A stretch of DNA of 64,000 nt from Azolla caroliniana (taxonomy: Eukaryota > Plantae > Polypodiophyta): positions 16,802,001 to 16,866,000 of the forward strand of contig JBHGNT010000005.1 in NCBI GenBank assembly GCA_043228905.1. Direction: 5' to 3'. Below the pieces are notes generated by a model. The model saw only the letters and a program-made list of their open reading frames with translations. It was not told the origin of the DNA and searched no databases. This document shows positions 22,534 through 36,800 of the stretch, one piece after another. The number at the start of each line of letters is the position of its first letter. Positions within the stretch are counted from its first letter, which is position 1. The translations under genes were made by a program, and so were the position numbers.

Positions 22534-25490
22534 TGTCACGGACAAGTAGACAAGGCTCAATACTAAGAGAGTGAGAGAGAGATCATAGACAAGATAATAA
22601 GAAAGAGAGAGAGAAAGTAGTCAAGAGAACAAGAACTGAATTATGATTCTGTAATTGGTGTTGTTCACCTTGACTAAGGCCAAGGTGAACCCCTGTATTT
22701 ATACATGTTTATAGGCTATAAATGTAGCCCATGCAAAGATTTATTTTCATACACAAGCTTCTAGAATGTTCTAGCTTTTGGAAGCTTCTAAAATCCTACA
22801 TGTAGAATAGATAATCTACAATAATCTAATAAGGTAACATGATTATGTATCGGATGTATTGGTTAAAACATATCGATTAAATACAATAGGTCAAGAGTTC
22901 GAATCATGACATGATTGATGTCATGTCCACGACATTATCCCCCTCCTAAGGCCGTCTTCGAAGATGCCTGCCCGGTTTTTGTGGATATTGGTGATGAAAT
23001 GCATGAACAACATCTGGTGCATTCCCCAAGTGTTGGGTTGGTTTCCAAGTTGCCTCTGAAATGGGATACCCTTTCCATAGGACTAAGTATTGAAGTTGTC
23101 GTCGATGCCAACGAGAGTCCAGAATCTTGTTCACCTCATACTCCTCAACTGTGGAAAGCTCAATTGGAGGTGGAGGTGGAGAGTGTCTTCCAGGAATAGT
23201 GGATGGATGATAAGGTTCGAGAAGAAAGGCATGGAAGACATTATGAATATGGAAATGTGGAGGAAGTTCCAGCTGGAAAGTGACCGGATTGACACACTCA
23301 ATGATGTGGAAAGGCCCCAACTTCTTGTAATCCAACTTCCCACAAGGTCGAGGAGTATCGACATGGCGACGTAAGAGCCAAACTTGATCACCAACTGCCA
23401 AGGCGGGTGTAGCGGAACGATGTCGATCAGTTTGCGCTTTATACCGATCTCTTGCAAGGATGAGTTCGAGGGAGAGGTCTTGATGAATGTCGGCTAAAAT
23501 ACGAGCACGTCCTTCCACTACCGGGTTGACAAAGTTGCCAGGGATGGAAATACTGAAGCGAGGATAGAAACCATAGTTTGCGAAAAATGGGGTGACCCCA
23601 GTTGAACCATGTAGCGTATTATTATATGTGAACTCTGCCAAGGGTAGTGGGGTAGGAGGTGAACCCTAAGCAAGCATCGAAGGTATTGCTCAAGAATTTG
23701 GTTCACTTGCTCCATTTGGCCATCGGTTTGAGGATGATAGCACGAAGACAAATTCACTGTTGTGCCCAATGTTTGAAGGAGCCGCCGCCAAAAACGAGAG
23801 ACAAATTGGGGTCCGCGATCTGAGGTGACATCATCCGGGAGCCCATGAAGCCACACCATATTCTTTAAAAATAGATCGGTTGTTGCTTCCCCTAAAATAG
23901 TCTTTGCACAAGGGGCAAAATGAACCATCTTTGTAAACCGATCTACCATGACGAACACTGTGTCATATCCGTGGACAAGAGGCAAGTCAATGATGAAATC
24001 CATGGAAATTGATGCCCAAGGCCGGTTGGGAATAGGAAGTGGTTGGTGCAACCCATATGGCCTATGGTGGACGACTCTGGATCTAGCACAAGTATCACAT
24101 GTCCTGATGAATTCCTTGACAAACTTCCATGGTTGAGGCCACCAATATCCTCGTGAGATTAATTCAAGTGTCTTTGTAATGCCAAAATGACTAGCCAAGG
24201 GGTCATCATGACACTTTTGGAGAACTTGAGTTTGACATCGGCCCTCCGGAACATATAAGAGTTGGTCTTGGTAAAGCAATCCACCCTCGAATCTGAAGCG
24301 GTCAAGGTCTTCCTTGGACTTGGATTTAGACGGATCAATAAGACCTTCCAGAATTGCATTGGCGAATTTAGAGCCTCTAATTCTGGTTTAGAGAGACCAT
24401 AGATGGGCCCAAAGGGTGGAGATGTGCCCTCCTGTAGATCGATCAGACACTCACATGGTCAATGCTCCGGTAAGTGATCTACATTCTTCTTCTCGAACAC
24501 ATCAGCAAAGTCACCATATTTGGATGGAAACGAGTCCAGATTGGCTTTCATAGAAACCAAACCTGGGGTACTCGAGTCTGCATCATTGCCCATTGAGATG
24601 GAGTGCATTGTGACTGGGGCATGAGCATCTGAGTGCATTGGTCCGAGTTGAATGGTGGAGTGCTCGACAAAAAACGATTCGGGCCATTCTGACACAGCGA
24701 CGTTGGAAGCCGCTCCAACCTCCATGTGAGTTTGTCGTTGAAAAGTAAGTGAGTGGTTGTGCCAATCTATAATAGGGTTATTCGTCAACCAAGACAACCC
24801 AAGTATGAGTGGATACCGCAGTAAAGTGATGAGGTAAAATGATAAGGCCTCCTGATGGGTCCTGAGCTGCAAAATGAGGGGGACCGTGGCTTTGGTGACT
24901 GCACTAGAGGAGAGCATTCTCCCATCGATAACTTCAACTCTGATAGGCTTGGACAACCAAATAACAGGAAAATTGTGTTTATGAATGAACGTTTCGTCCA
25001 TAAAACACGTCGTGGGATTCTCATTTTCAAGTTGAAGTTGATGCATGGCTACCAATAGTTTATTTATGTTCTCGGTAGAATCTGACATGATGAGGCTTTG
25101 GAGATGGAAGGTGAACAAACTGTCACAAACAAGTAGACGAGGCTCAATACTAAGAGAGTGAGAGAGAGATCATAGACAAGATAATAAGAAAGAGAGAGAG
25201 AAAGTAGTAAGGAGAACAAGAACTGAATTATGATTCCGTAACTAGTGTTGTTCACCTTGATTAAGGCCAAGGTGAGCCCCTGTATTTATACATGTTTATG
25301 GGCTCTAAATGTAGCCCATGCAAAGACTCATTTTCATACACAAGCTTCTAGAATGTAGATTCATAGATAATCTACAATAATCTAGTAAGGTAACATGATT
25401 ATGTATAGGATGTATTGGTTAAAACATATCGATTAAATACAATAGGTCAAGAGATCGAATCATGATATGACTAACGTCATGTCCATGACA
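22534..25490 (-). mobile_element. Internally deleted chromoviral Gypsy element (protease, integrase and chromodomain; no RT or RNase H)
   Basis: LTRs at 22534-22934 and 25121-25490. TSD GGAAC (22529-22533 / 25491-25495). Integrase SDRGPQF..HPQTDGQ; chromodomain EEYEVNKILDSR..QYLVLWKGYP..ATW. Confidence 0.92.
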
Positions 25491-27416
25491 GGAACAAGGA
25501 CATGTTCGTATTCACAATAGTAGCAACTCCATCATCCACCTTACATGAATTGAACATTAAACTACCAGAGAAATACAAAGAGTTCTCAAATGTCCTTGAT
25601 AAGGTGAAGGGCAATACATTGCCGGAGCATCGGCCATACGACTACCCTATCAACTTACAACCAAGGAAAGAACCTCCATGGGGCTCAATTTATAATCTCT
25701 CCCCTATAGAGCTAGAAACTTTGCAGGAATATCAACGAGAATTTGACAAACGGATTCATTCGGCATTCTAGATCCCCTACCGGTGCACCTATCTTCTTCG
25801 TTAAGAAAAAGAATGGGTCTCTTCGGTTGATCGTGGATTATCGAGGGTTAAACAAAGTGACTATCCAAAATAGATATGCCCTACAGTTAATCCCGAATCT
25901 TTTCGAATGTCTCAGTGGAGCAAAATATTTCACGAAGTTGGACCTTCGCAGTGCATATAATTTAGTTCGGATTCATCTAGGGGATGAATGGGAGGCTACT
26001 TTTCGCACTCGCTATTGACATTTTGAGTATAGTGTGATGCCATTTAGTCTCATGAATGCACCTGCAGTTTTCTAGCATATGACAAATGATATTATTCGAG
26101 ATTTTCTTGATATCTTCACTATAGTTTACCTAGATGACATTTTCATCTACTCGAAGACCCAAGAGGAGCATGATGAACATGTTCGTTGTGTATTACGTTG
26201 ACTACAAGAATATGGTTTGTACGTAAAATTAGAAAAGTGTAGCTTCAACCAGAATCGAGTGGAATTTTTGGGGTGTGTTGTATCATCGGGCGGTATTGCT
26301 ATGGACCCCATGAAAGTGTTGGGAATATGTCCCGGAGGAGGAGCTGACTATCCAGAGTAGTTGACAGTCGACAACTACCAGGAGCCGACTGATCGGACCA
26401 AGGAGAGTTGACAGTCGAAGACAAGGAAGAACCGATTGTTCGGAAATAGCCGACAATTGAAGAGTCGAAAACAGAGTCGACTGTTTTTTCTAATAGGTTG
26501 ATTATTATTATTGTAATGATAATAGTAGTGATAATATGTATTAGGGGATCCATGTGTAAATAGCCTATACAATGTATTAGTATAAATACATTTAGGGCAA
26601 ACATGTGCGAAGTATATAGAAGTAGCGTGTGTGTTGTGCGCAAGGGGGTGTGAGAGCGGTGTTATAGCTATGTGCGTAACAGCAGACGCCAAGAGCCCTG
26701 CGCGGCTGATACACTCAAAGGAGTGTTGTATATCCACTATACATAGTGAAGCTCTGTTCCCGTGGTTTTCTCCCGTTTTAAGGTTTCCACGTTAAATCTC
26801 TATGCACCATTGTTGTCCTATTTTTTGGCATATCTATGATTCGTATTTCAGCACAATTCGCTTATTGTGATTTGACCGAATGATTTCTCAACAAACTGGT
26901 ATCAGAGCTTGAGGTGCAAGCATGCAAGGAGGTGTGAGCGGTTTCCCAAGTATGATAGTTCTAAACTCACAGAACTATGCAGACTAGAATATAAAGATGG
27001 AAGACCTTCTCATCGTGAAAGACTTGTACGAGTGAGTCGACAGAGCAGATATACCCAGAACACGTTCGCGTTCACAAGTGGAAGGATCGCGCATAAATGG
27101 AAGGATAAGGGAAATTTTAGGGCTTTTTCAATGATTTTACAAAACACATTGATACCAGTATCATACATGTTCAAACATACTATGAAAAAGGTTAAAAATC
27201 CACTATTTTCATGATTTAGAAGTAACTAAAAAAAGACGAATTTCAAAAAGATACATTCTCAATTTATATCACAAACTTTACAACCAATGTTATTTTATAA
27301 GAAACGATTTTTTAGAAATCATAAGAATTCAAAACACATGCTTTTATATTACTCGATTTGTTACAAGCAGAATGTAGTTACACTTAATAGCCAAATATAC
27401 ATTCATGATCACTCCT

Positions 27417-30195
27417 TTACGGAGAATCACTACTATAACTAATATACAATGACGATTCCTCATCATCATCCTCGGATGTACCAATCAGTGCATTATCTTC
27501 GTCATAAACCAAATGGTTTGACTCTAGATTATATGTAGCAGATCTCGTTTGCCTTTGACTCGAGCCACCTTGTAGACCTGCTAATTTTTCTTTTATTATA
27601 TCTATTGTTGACTTCCTTAATCGTCCGGCTTTTGTAAGTGTGAAGTCGTACACGATGATATCCACATCAGAGATATCAAGGGTCGAGGTGTTACGAATGT
27701 TTCGCTTCCTCTTCCTACCTCCCCTTCTTGTTGGGCATTCAATCATCTCCAATGTATACTTACCTGTAAAAGCATTTGCACTTCTAGTGTTGTACCAATG
27801 AACATTTATAGACTTGATCGTGTTTTCTATTTCATGCATTAGCACTTCTAGAATTTTACCAACCCAAAATTGGTGGCCATGTGAGTTCTCATCAGCCGGC
27901 GTTGCAATCAACATCCCCGCGGTGAGCTCTTGCAAATTGCCTTGCCATCTAGCTTCGACTGCTTTGGTCATCCTTGGTCCCACATAAATTTCTCTTTGTT
28001 GTGGATGGTCTAAGCTATCATTAATCGCATTTACTAGTTGCTCCGGAGTTCTATTTACGCGATCATGTTGCAGCGACCATGTGAATGGCGTTTCCAAATT
28101 CCAATTATCAACAGATACACAATTGTCTATAATTTCTTTCTGATCACTATAAAATACATCCCACCATGACGTGTCTTGTTGTGCGACATATTTCTTGGTG
28201 GCCTCAATATGCTTTCTTTTTTCTTCTAAGGCTTGGAGCCATGACCATTTTTGTTCCGATACCAAGTCGCTCTGCAACTGTCCTTTCTTCTCAATTGGCA
28301 TTTTCTTAGCTCCATGGACAATTGTACTCGGCATACAAAGTAATAACTGGCAACCACCTTCCGGTTCCCATGTTGTAGAAGATGAATATTGTTTAGCATA
28401 CAAAAGTGTAGAACCACTTATTCCATTTTTCTTTATCATAAAAATGTGATTGAAACTTATATTGTTTAACTAAGCGAGCACTTTAACATTCCCACCACCC
28501 CCATATGATATATATCTCTTAAAGTCATATACCTCCTTCAAGTGTAACACTTTTGGGCGTGGTGTATATGCATCACAAATGACATCAAATAGTTTAGGTA
28601 AAGTGAAAGCATCATGCCGAGACAACTATCTGGAGAATGTGCTAAACATCTTATCTATATGGTCATGTGTGTGGCCAACCAAAAGGAAATTGACTTTCAC
28701 TTTCCTAAACAATTCTAGGTTGACCAACATACTTAGATAGCCAAATACAGTTGAATTTTTGTTCTCTCTAGCAGTATTGTCCAATTGAATGCATAGAACA
28801 GGGGGGGAAGGTTGGCCCCAAGACATCAAAACTCGGTGAATCACTGTAACTGTTAGGTTAGGGTCATTGTGAACATTGGGGTAAGTAATGAAGACGTGAG
28901 GTCGAACAGACCTATTATAAGCCAAGCATCCCACCAAGTGCATTTGAACAAGGCACTCATCATTGACATCTTTGGGGAGCCTCCGCATATGCGGCAAGAA
29001 TGTCTTCTTCTGGTCCATGCCATCTATCATTAAGCACATGTATTGTTCGGGCCTCTTCAAACACCTCTCTATGATGCATCGCCTTCTTTCATTCTAAGGA
29101 TTGTGCCTCACGATGCTCTTGTAGTAACTTCTTACTCGTATCCTTTTCCATTGATGTCTTTACACCTTTAGCCAAACTTTTAAGATTTGCACAAATAGAG
29201 CAATACCCCATACGTACTTTACGAGGAATAATAACATTTGAAAACCGAGCTCTCCATAATCTTGTGAATTGGCTATAGGTGATAGACTTATTACGTGAGC
29301 CTAGCATATCAGATCGATAGACATCATAAACTTCCCGACGTGTATAATTATCAGAAAGATGCATCCTACCTGTAGTGGGCATTACTTCACAATTTAACTG
29401 AAAGTAAGTTTTCATCCAACCAATAGCATGTCTTCCAATTGCACCTTTCATACTTGGAACCTCTTTACAATTGAGCATCTGATCCCCGCTAAGTAGACGT
29501 TCTTGTACTCTATGTAGCCGCATGTTACTAACACATAACGCAATTTTGAATGCAACTCTACATATCTGTTGTGCATGGACGATATAATACTTGAATGATA
29601 CTTTGATCCCTGTACATTTGTCAGATACTAGTTGCATATGTGACCCGAGGTAAGTGTCTTGCTCATCACCGGTCATCGAAAAATAGTATCGCCTTAATTA
29701 TCGCAACTTTGATTTTCCAATCATAGACATACAACCACGGGCACAACATATTTTTTTGACATCAAATCCAATCTGTTTATCTGATGTCACCAAGCTAAAT
29801 CTAGCCAGACGAATTCTTCGTGGGATTCTTCTAATATGCATAGGGCTCCCAGATTTCTCTTCCTGCATAGAGGTTGGTGTAACCTTGTTACAATCTATTT
29901 CTCTGTTGTGACCATCGCCAATGTTATTCAATGTTTCCTGGGCACTACCTTCATTCTCCGTATCTTTATTAATGTCGTATTCTTCAATAGAGAACTCTTC
30001 ACATGTGTCATTATTAACATTCCCTGTAGATGAGCTCAAACAATATTCTTCGATAGAATATGGTGAGCCTGTCGACAGACAATATTCTTCAATCGAATAT
30101 GGTGACTCTGTTGACAAACAATACTCTTCAGTAGAAAACGATGAGTTTGATGACAAACAATATTCTTCAATCGAGAACGGTGAATCTTCACTCAT
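27417..30195 (-). pseudogene. Sola/DUF7869-like transposase copy 2 (three stops, one frameshift)
   Basis: ORFs 29698-30195, 29089-29676, 28626-29060 and 27417-28439 are collinear with copy 1: MIDGMDQKK, IQLDNTARENKN, LVGHTHDHID, FWVGKI..VHWY. Confidence 0.82.
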
Positions 30196-31132
30196 GGCTT
30201 AAGGTCTAGATAGGGCTCTGTAAGTTATGTGCTTAGGGTAAGGAAAAAAACTAATAAGCTCCTCTCTAAACATATACTCCTCTCTAAACATAAACTTCTC
30301 TCTAAACAAAAGCCAAATCAATAGATTGTCTATATTATGTAATATTCTATTAATACAATACATAAAAAGTTTATGTTTAATAAAGTAATTGTACTTAAAA
30401 TATCAATTATTATATAAACTACATCTATATGAAGTTAAATCAAGTATAATATAAATCTAATCATTAACAAGCCATGAATATGTTGGATTAATGTTAAAAT
30501 CATTGGCTAATTAATGGCACCCATTTTGATATAGAACCTCTCACTCATTGGTTCTTTAATGCTTACCATTTTAAATATTAGACTTATCAATCATTGGTTA
30601 ATTCATGCCCACATCTTTAATACACAACATTTGAGAGTCATAAAAATTGTTGCTTTTAGTAATCAATCATTGGTACATTCATGAACCTCTATCATTGTCT
30701 CCTTCATGACCTTTGAAGTCATTGCAGGTTGTTATGACTATAAAAGATTAATCAATATGTTAGTTTGACTTTGTAATCATTAATGCAATCATAAGTTACT
30801 CTAATTAATGTTACTGTGGTTACCAACTAACTATCCCCAAACTTACCAACCTTGGTTAAGGTGACTATGGTTACTTTAACCAATGTGGTCAATCCCTATA
30901 AATAGGAAGACCTCGTCATATTTCACTCACAAGAGCGTACAGAGCGTACAGAGCACACAGAACGTACAGAGCACACATAGCACACAAAGCACACAGAGCT
31001 CAAAGCACCAAAGCGCGATCTCCGCCTCCACTGCCACATGATCAACCATGTCTTCAAAGAGAATCGAGCGCGAGGACTCCAGGTAGGCCTCTGACACTGT
31101 GGATATTTTTGTAAATATGTTTCGTCGCTCAA

Positions 31133-31755
31133 GAATTCGATACGGCGTATCGAGTTCCTGTATACAATACAAACTTTATACAGGAACTCGATACAGCGCA
31201 TCGAGTTCATAATTTGTTTTTGCTTTTTAAACACGAACTCGATACGCTGTATCGAGTTCCTATTTAAAACCTACACTTTAAACATGAACTCGATACGTCG
31301 TATCGAGTTTGTGTTTAAAACCTAAACTTTAAACAGGAACTCGATACGGCGTATCGAGTTCCCGTTTAAAACCTTAACTTTAAACGGGAACTCGATACGC
31401 CATATCGAGTTCCTGTTTAAAAAGCAAAAACAAATTATGAACTCGATACGCCGTATCGAGTTCCTGTATAAAGTTTGTATTGTATACAGGAACTCGATAC
31501 GCCGTATCGAATTCTTGAGCGACGAAACATATTTACAAAAATGTCCACAGTGTTAGAGGCCTACCTGGAGTCGATACGGGAACTCGATACGCCGTATCGA
31601 GTTGTTATGCTTTCTTTGCTTTTTAAACAGGAACTCGATACGGCGTATCGAGTTCCTGTTTAAAAAGCAAAGCACAGCAACTCGATACGGTGTATCGAGT
31701 TCCCGTTTAAAGTTTAGGATTTAAACACGAACTCGATACGCCGTATCGAGTTCCT
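31133..31755. repeat. Array of 12 palindromic 25-bp units (GAACTCGATACG-N-CGTATCGAGTTC), period ~51 bp
   Basis: Units start near 31133, 31184, 31235, 31286, 31337, 31388, 31439, 31490, 31580, 31631, 31678 and 31729, with ~26-bp AT-rich linkers. The first eight sit inside a ~500-bp inverted repeat (31075-31572). Confidence 0.92.
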
Positions 31756-33896
31756 GTATAAAAGAAGGCTCTGAAAGAGAAAAATTGTGTTTTTGGGGTA
31801 ACAATTAAATATTGTGTGGAAAAGATATCAAATTGTCTGTCAAAATCAGTCTTTTTTATGTTGACTTGCCTTACTTTTAAAAAAAAACATGCCATAATTA
31901 TAGGTGTTTTATGACCTACTTTAGCTTAAAATAGTAGAAAATGATCCACAAATGGCCTTTACGATAGCAAATTCTCTTCAATATAGGTTTCGAATCTATA
32001 TAAGTCATACCTACTCTTTAAAAGAATATATAACCCTGTTTAATTCATACTATATATATTTTCTAGTTTGAATAGCTGACCTGCCTAGAATAGATTTTTG
32101 AATATAGGACTACCATGTACTCTGAATGCATGATTGATATTTTCACTTCACCACTAATCGCCTGCTAGTGAGAACTGTTCTTCATCTTAATATTTATATT
32201 TTAATATACAACTTTAATCTACGTGACCACCTAACTTATGTTTTTGCATATACTTTCTTAAATAGGTCATTTGAGAACCTGTCGGACCCACCCGTGAAGA
32301 AAATAAAGCTTTGCATACAGGGTTCTCCAATCGAAGCCCAGACCAAGGTAGCTCCTGAGACCATGAAGAGAGGAAAAAAGCTTCTCTTCAACGAAGAGAC
32401 AAAATCTCAGCCACATATTGATGTTAGCCAAAAGAAACTTGTCGCCGCTACTGGAGGTGAAGACCTTCCTGACCGTGATCTAATGGACAAGGAATGGTGT
32501 ATGCAATATGTCAACTCAAAGAAAAAAGTCGTATTGTATACAACAAAGAAGAAGGGGGAGGGGCAGCTTGGAAAGGAAACCCCATTTATGTATGGCCGTA
32601 TTCTACGATTTGACTACGAAGATGTAGATTTGGCCAACATACTGGTAATGATAGAGTGCTCCAAGGGGGTACGTAGAGTGTTCCTTTCAGAAGACCTTTT
32701 AGTAAAGGAATCTTGTGGGCCAGAAGCGTTCAAAAAAGATCTTGAATGCTTACAAAACCTTATTGTTACCTTGAGGCCTTATATACAAGGCCATGTAACT
32801 CTAAGAGATGAAGTGCCCACCCCATTGAAGGCCACAAAAAGGGTATCCAAAGTCCAGTCAAGACCACCAAAGAAGAAGACAACCAAAATGTCAGACACCG
32901 ATTCAACAAGTGAAAACGAAGAGGAGGATAATAAGGGGACGCCAGGAGCTGAGCTGGCATCGGGTGTTTTGTCATCCGAGCAGAATAAGATAAGGAGAGA
33001 GTTAATGCAATGGAAACTGGTCAGGAAAGGGCAAGTGTTTAATTTGCCTATAACACACATCCATCGGCCCCCTATTGATGAAAAAACAGGTCGACTACCA
33101 CTTGAGATTAGAGAGCCACACCGCATGCATGTTCAAAATCTCAAGAAAAAAATGAAAATTAATCCTCATGCCACTGTGGTGCCATTTATTGTTATGGTAG
33201 ATCCTGAAGAATGTGAAACCATTGAAGATTTTGATATTAGAAAGCATGATCAATATAATTATTTTGTCATTGGTGGATCGCATTCAGCAGAGGCACGTCG
33301 GCAACTTGTGAGAGAACATCCAACGACTTTCTTCTTCAAGTATGCCGAGTGCAAAATTTATGTTGGGCTCACAACCGAAGAGGCTAAGCTGTTGGCATGG
33401 GACCATAATGTTACCGGCCGGCAAAGGAGTCCAGAGTGGGAAACAGAGAGTTATTTAAGTAGTAGGAATGTGGTTGTAATTAAGCTATGAGTGTGGACGG
33501 ACGGACCGGAAACGGTATGCCGTTCCGGATCGGGACCGATCCCGAACAGGTGCGGATGGCACCGTTTTGTAATACAGACCGGAAACCTATTTAAAGGCCC
33601 TTATACAATGTAATCATTAGCGGTGAATTAATAAAAGCTGAGTGTTATTATCTATCTATGTTAATTGCCGTTCTGTCTTAATTGTTATATCTTACGCGTG
33701 TGTTTATGAAAGAAGATCATAATAAGTAACTTAATTAAGTCGGATTAAGCGTTGAAGTCTAATCTGGTTGCCGTAACACACTTTGGTGAAGTGTCTCCCG
33801 TAGACACCCTGTGTTAGGCCATTGTCCGGCCCGAAGAGTTAACACAGTTTTTGGTGACCACGATTTCTGTTTTTCAGCGAACGACGGCACGGATGG

Positions 33897-36800
33897 ATGT
33901 CTAGATCAACGCATGACCTGGTTACAGATCAAACTCGACGCCTTGCCGAAAGGCAAAGGAGACGCGAGGCTTTCCAGCAAGCGGCGCAGGAAATTAGAGC
34001 GGATCGCTCGTTTTCCAACATAATCCGGAGAGTAACGGAGGACTCCCTCTGGTTACAGCAAACATTGATACTGGACGATGGCAGCAGCATAAGCAACCTC
34101 CGGGAAACCGAATCCCTTCTCCACGTGTTGGCAAACGGAGAAGGTGAAGCAAAGGCCTTTTCAGCATATGAATCGGACTCCGAAGGGGAATACAACGTGC
34201 ACACGAACTACCGTAGCAGCAACGAAACCCCGGGCGGACCGGAGGACGAAGGATCGGTTACCTTACCGACACCGGAACCGGAAGTGCTAACGCTGGAACC
34301 CCCGGAACCAGCAGAAGAAGAGCGACCTCCGACACCGGAAGTCGAAAAGGAGAGACCTCCATCACCAAAAGAAGAGGAAAAACCACCGACGCCGGAAACA
34401 AAAGAGGAAAAGCCGCCAACACCGGAGAAAATTCCGGAACAAGCACCAACACTGCCAGCCTGCGCACCGATACCAGACGACGACATGTCGTTCCAGTACT
34501 CGAAGTATAGAGATGATCCGGACGCGGAAGCTCATGTGCACGCCTTTGAACAAACATGGGAAGCCAACCATGTGTCCCAGCGATTGACCCCGGAGGAAGA
34601 AGAACACTCTAAGATAGCGGAATTTGGTGTCACATTAGAGGGACCGGCAGCAAGATGGCGCCGGACACAGGACCCGTCTACCATCAACACCTTTGCAGAT
34701 TTAAAAGCTAAATTCTTGCATTTTTTTCAAAAAGAGGTGGACCAGACCATAATGGTAGGCTTATTTTATACCATCTGACAGGAGGCAGGGGAGAGCATTC
34801 CCCAATTTGTCATCCGGTTTCAACGGATGCATAGTCAGCTTGCTCGCGCACCCCCGGAGGAGGAATTACGGACTATATTTCTAAACGCGCTCCGGGAACC
34901 TCTATGCACGGTTTGCACGGTAATTGACTTCCGCACAAGTACCATCGACCAGGTCATTGACCGGGTGAGAGAGATGGAAAAGACAAGCTCCTGGCTCACA
35001 CTGGGAGCACTTCAACGGGCGTTACCGTCCGATGAAGACCTCCGGTTTCGGCAAGCAATACAGTGCACAACCTGCTTGAATTCCGGACACTCGGCTCTAG
35101 AATGCACTATGAGGACGCAATGTGTAATCTATCAATCCAAGAGCCATACGATGGATAGGTGCGAGTATGATATGTTGAACCAACAAGCACCGCTCGTCCG
35201 ACAAATTGAGCCACGCAGCAGTCGGGATGAAGAAGACGAACGTTGGCGGCGAATGGACCGCGACCGACCGGCATAGGATGTCCGGCATGGCGATCGACGG
35301 GAAAATGATGTCCGGTACGGTGATCGGCGGGATAACTATGACCAGCATGATCGGTAACAGGGTTACAATAGACGATACAAACATTACGACCGGGAGCACT
35401 CCCCCGGGTATCGTCAGCAACGGGAGGAATACGACGGATATAACGGGCAACCTCGTCAAGAGTACCGTAATAAGAAGAGCTATAACAAAAAACGGCATTT
35501 TAAAAAAGGTGGCTACCCCCAGGATCCAGAACAAGGAGCTCCAAGCAGCCAACCAGTACAAAACCCCGCGCGTACCGCAGGACCTGCCCCGGGTACAACA
35601 GACAATGCCGAATCTAGCAATACCCGAAAAGCCTACTGCTACTACTGCCGACAGGAAGGCCATTATAGTAACCAATGCCCGGTGAAGAGTTATGAAAAAC
35701 GACTGGCGGTAAATATGGTAGTCCTTGAGGTGGTAGATCTGCAGTAGGTGACCACAAGGTCGAAGGGCATGGCCAAGGAATGGGAGACGCAACAGACCAT
35801 CCGGAAACAAGCAACGGAATGGGTAAAGAAAGCAAACGAACAGAATGTCACAGATTTACAGCGGCAAAAGGAGAGCACCGCAGGGCTTGCCGGCGGTAGT
35901 CACTCCGAGAACGAGACATGGCAGGCGTTGCAAGAGTGCCAGATTACGTTGCCACTAGGAAGACTCCTACAACTCGTGCCAAGATTCACAGAAGGACTGA
36001 AGACGGCCATGACGGCAGGAGAACCATCACCGGCACCAGTACTCTTCTCGAATCCGGAGGAGGGACCAGCGGTGGTGGACACTAGCAGTTCGGTAATCAT
36101 TGCCATTGTAAAAGGGAAAGAACTCCCCGGCACAATTATAGACGGAGGCTCTGGGGTGAATGTAATAAGCCTCCGGACGTGTGATGCCCTAGGAATTCAC
36201 GAGTGGGAGTCGTGTCCGTTCTGGTTGCGGATGGCCGATACAAGCTCAGTGCGGCCGACAAGATTAATACGGAAATTGGAAGTCACCATCGACGTTCATA
36301 CATTTTACATCTCGGCCGTAGTGCTACAATTACAGGCACAAGGCGCATACCCGCTATTGCTAGGGCGACCATGGTTGAAAACGGCACATATCAAACAGAA
36401 TTGGCGGAAAAATATAATTACCTTCCGGCGAGGAAAAGCCAAGGTACGGGTACCAACACAGCCAAGGACGAGCACTGGCAAGGAATGTACACCGTTGTAT
36501 GCGGAATGCGTCAACATGCTAGAAGGGTTAGCGGAAGAAAAAGAAGCTCAGTACCTGCAGGAAAACCCGAAGATCATACCCCTCTTCGAAATTGACATTG
36601 CCGAAGCAGTAGCACCATACTTACCGCAACCGGAAGAGACTAAAGCAGAACCGGATAAAAACGCAATCCGGGAGTTACGACAAGCGCAGGAAGCGTTGGA
36701 ACGGGAAATGGTCGTTTCACAGCGCGTAAAAGCATCGCAACTGGAAGAGGTGAACTTAGGGACCACGGACGAAGCAAAACCGGTGCACATCGCCAAGGAG

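Noticed and set aside
30936-31010. 9-bp tandem repeat (CACACAGAG/CGTACAGAG) giving a Cys/Val-rich antisense ORF
   Set aside because: A simple minisatellite in the putative 5' UTR; the ORF is a by-product.
31133-31755. CRISPR array (palindromic 25-bp repeats with ~26-bp spacers)
   Set aside because: The spacers are not unique: several are near-copies or reverse complements of each other. There are no cas genes and the context is eukaryotic with spliceosomal introns.
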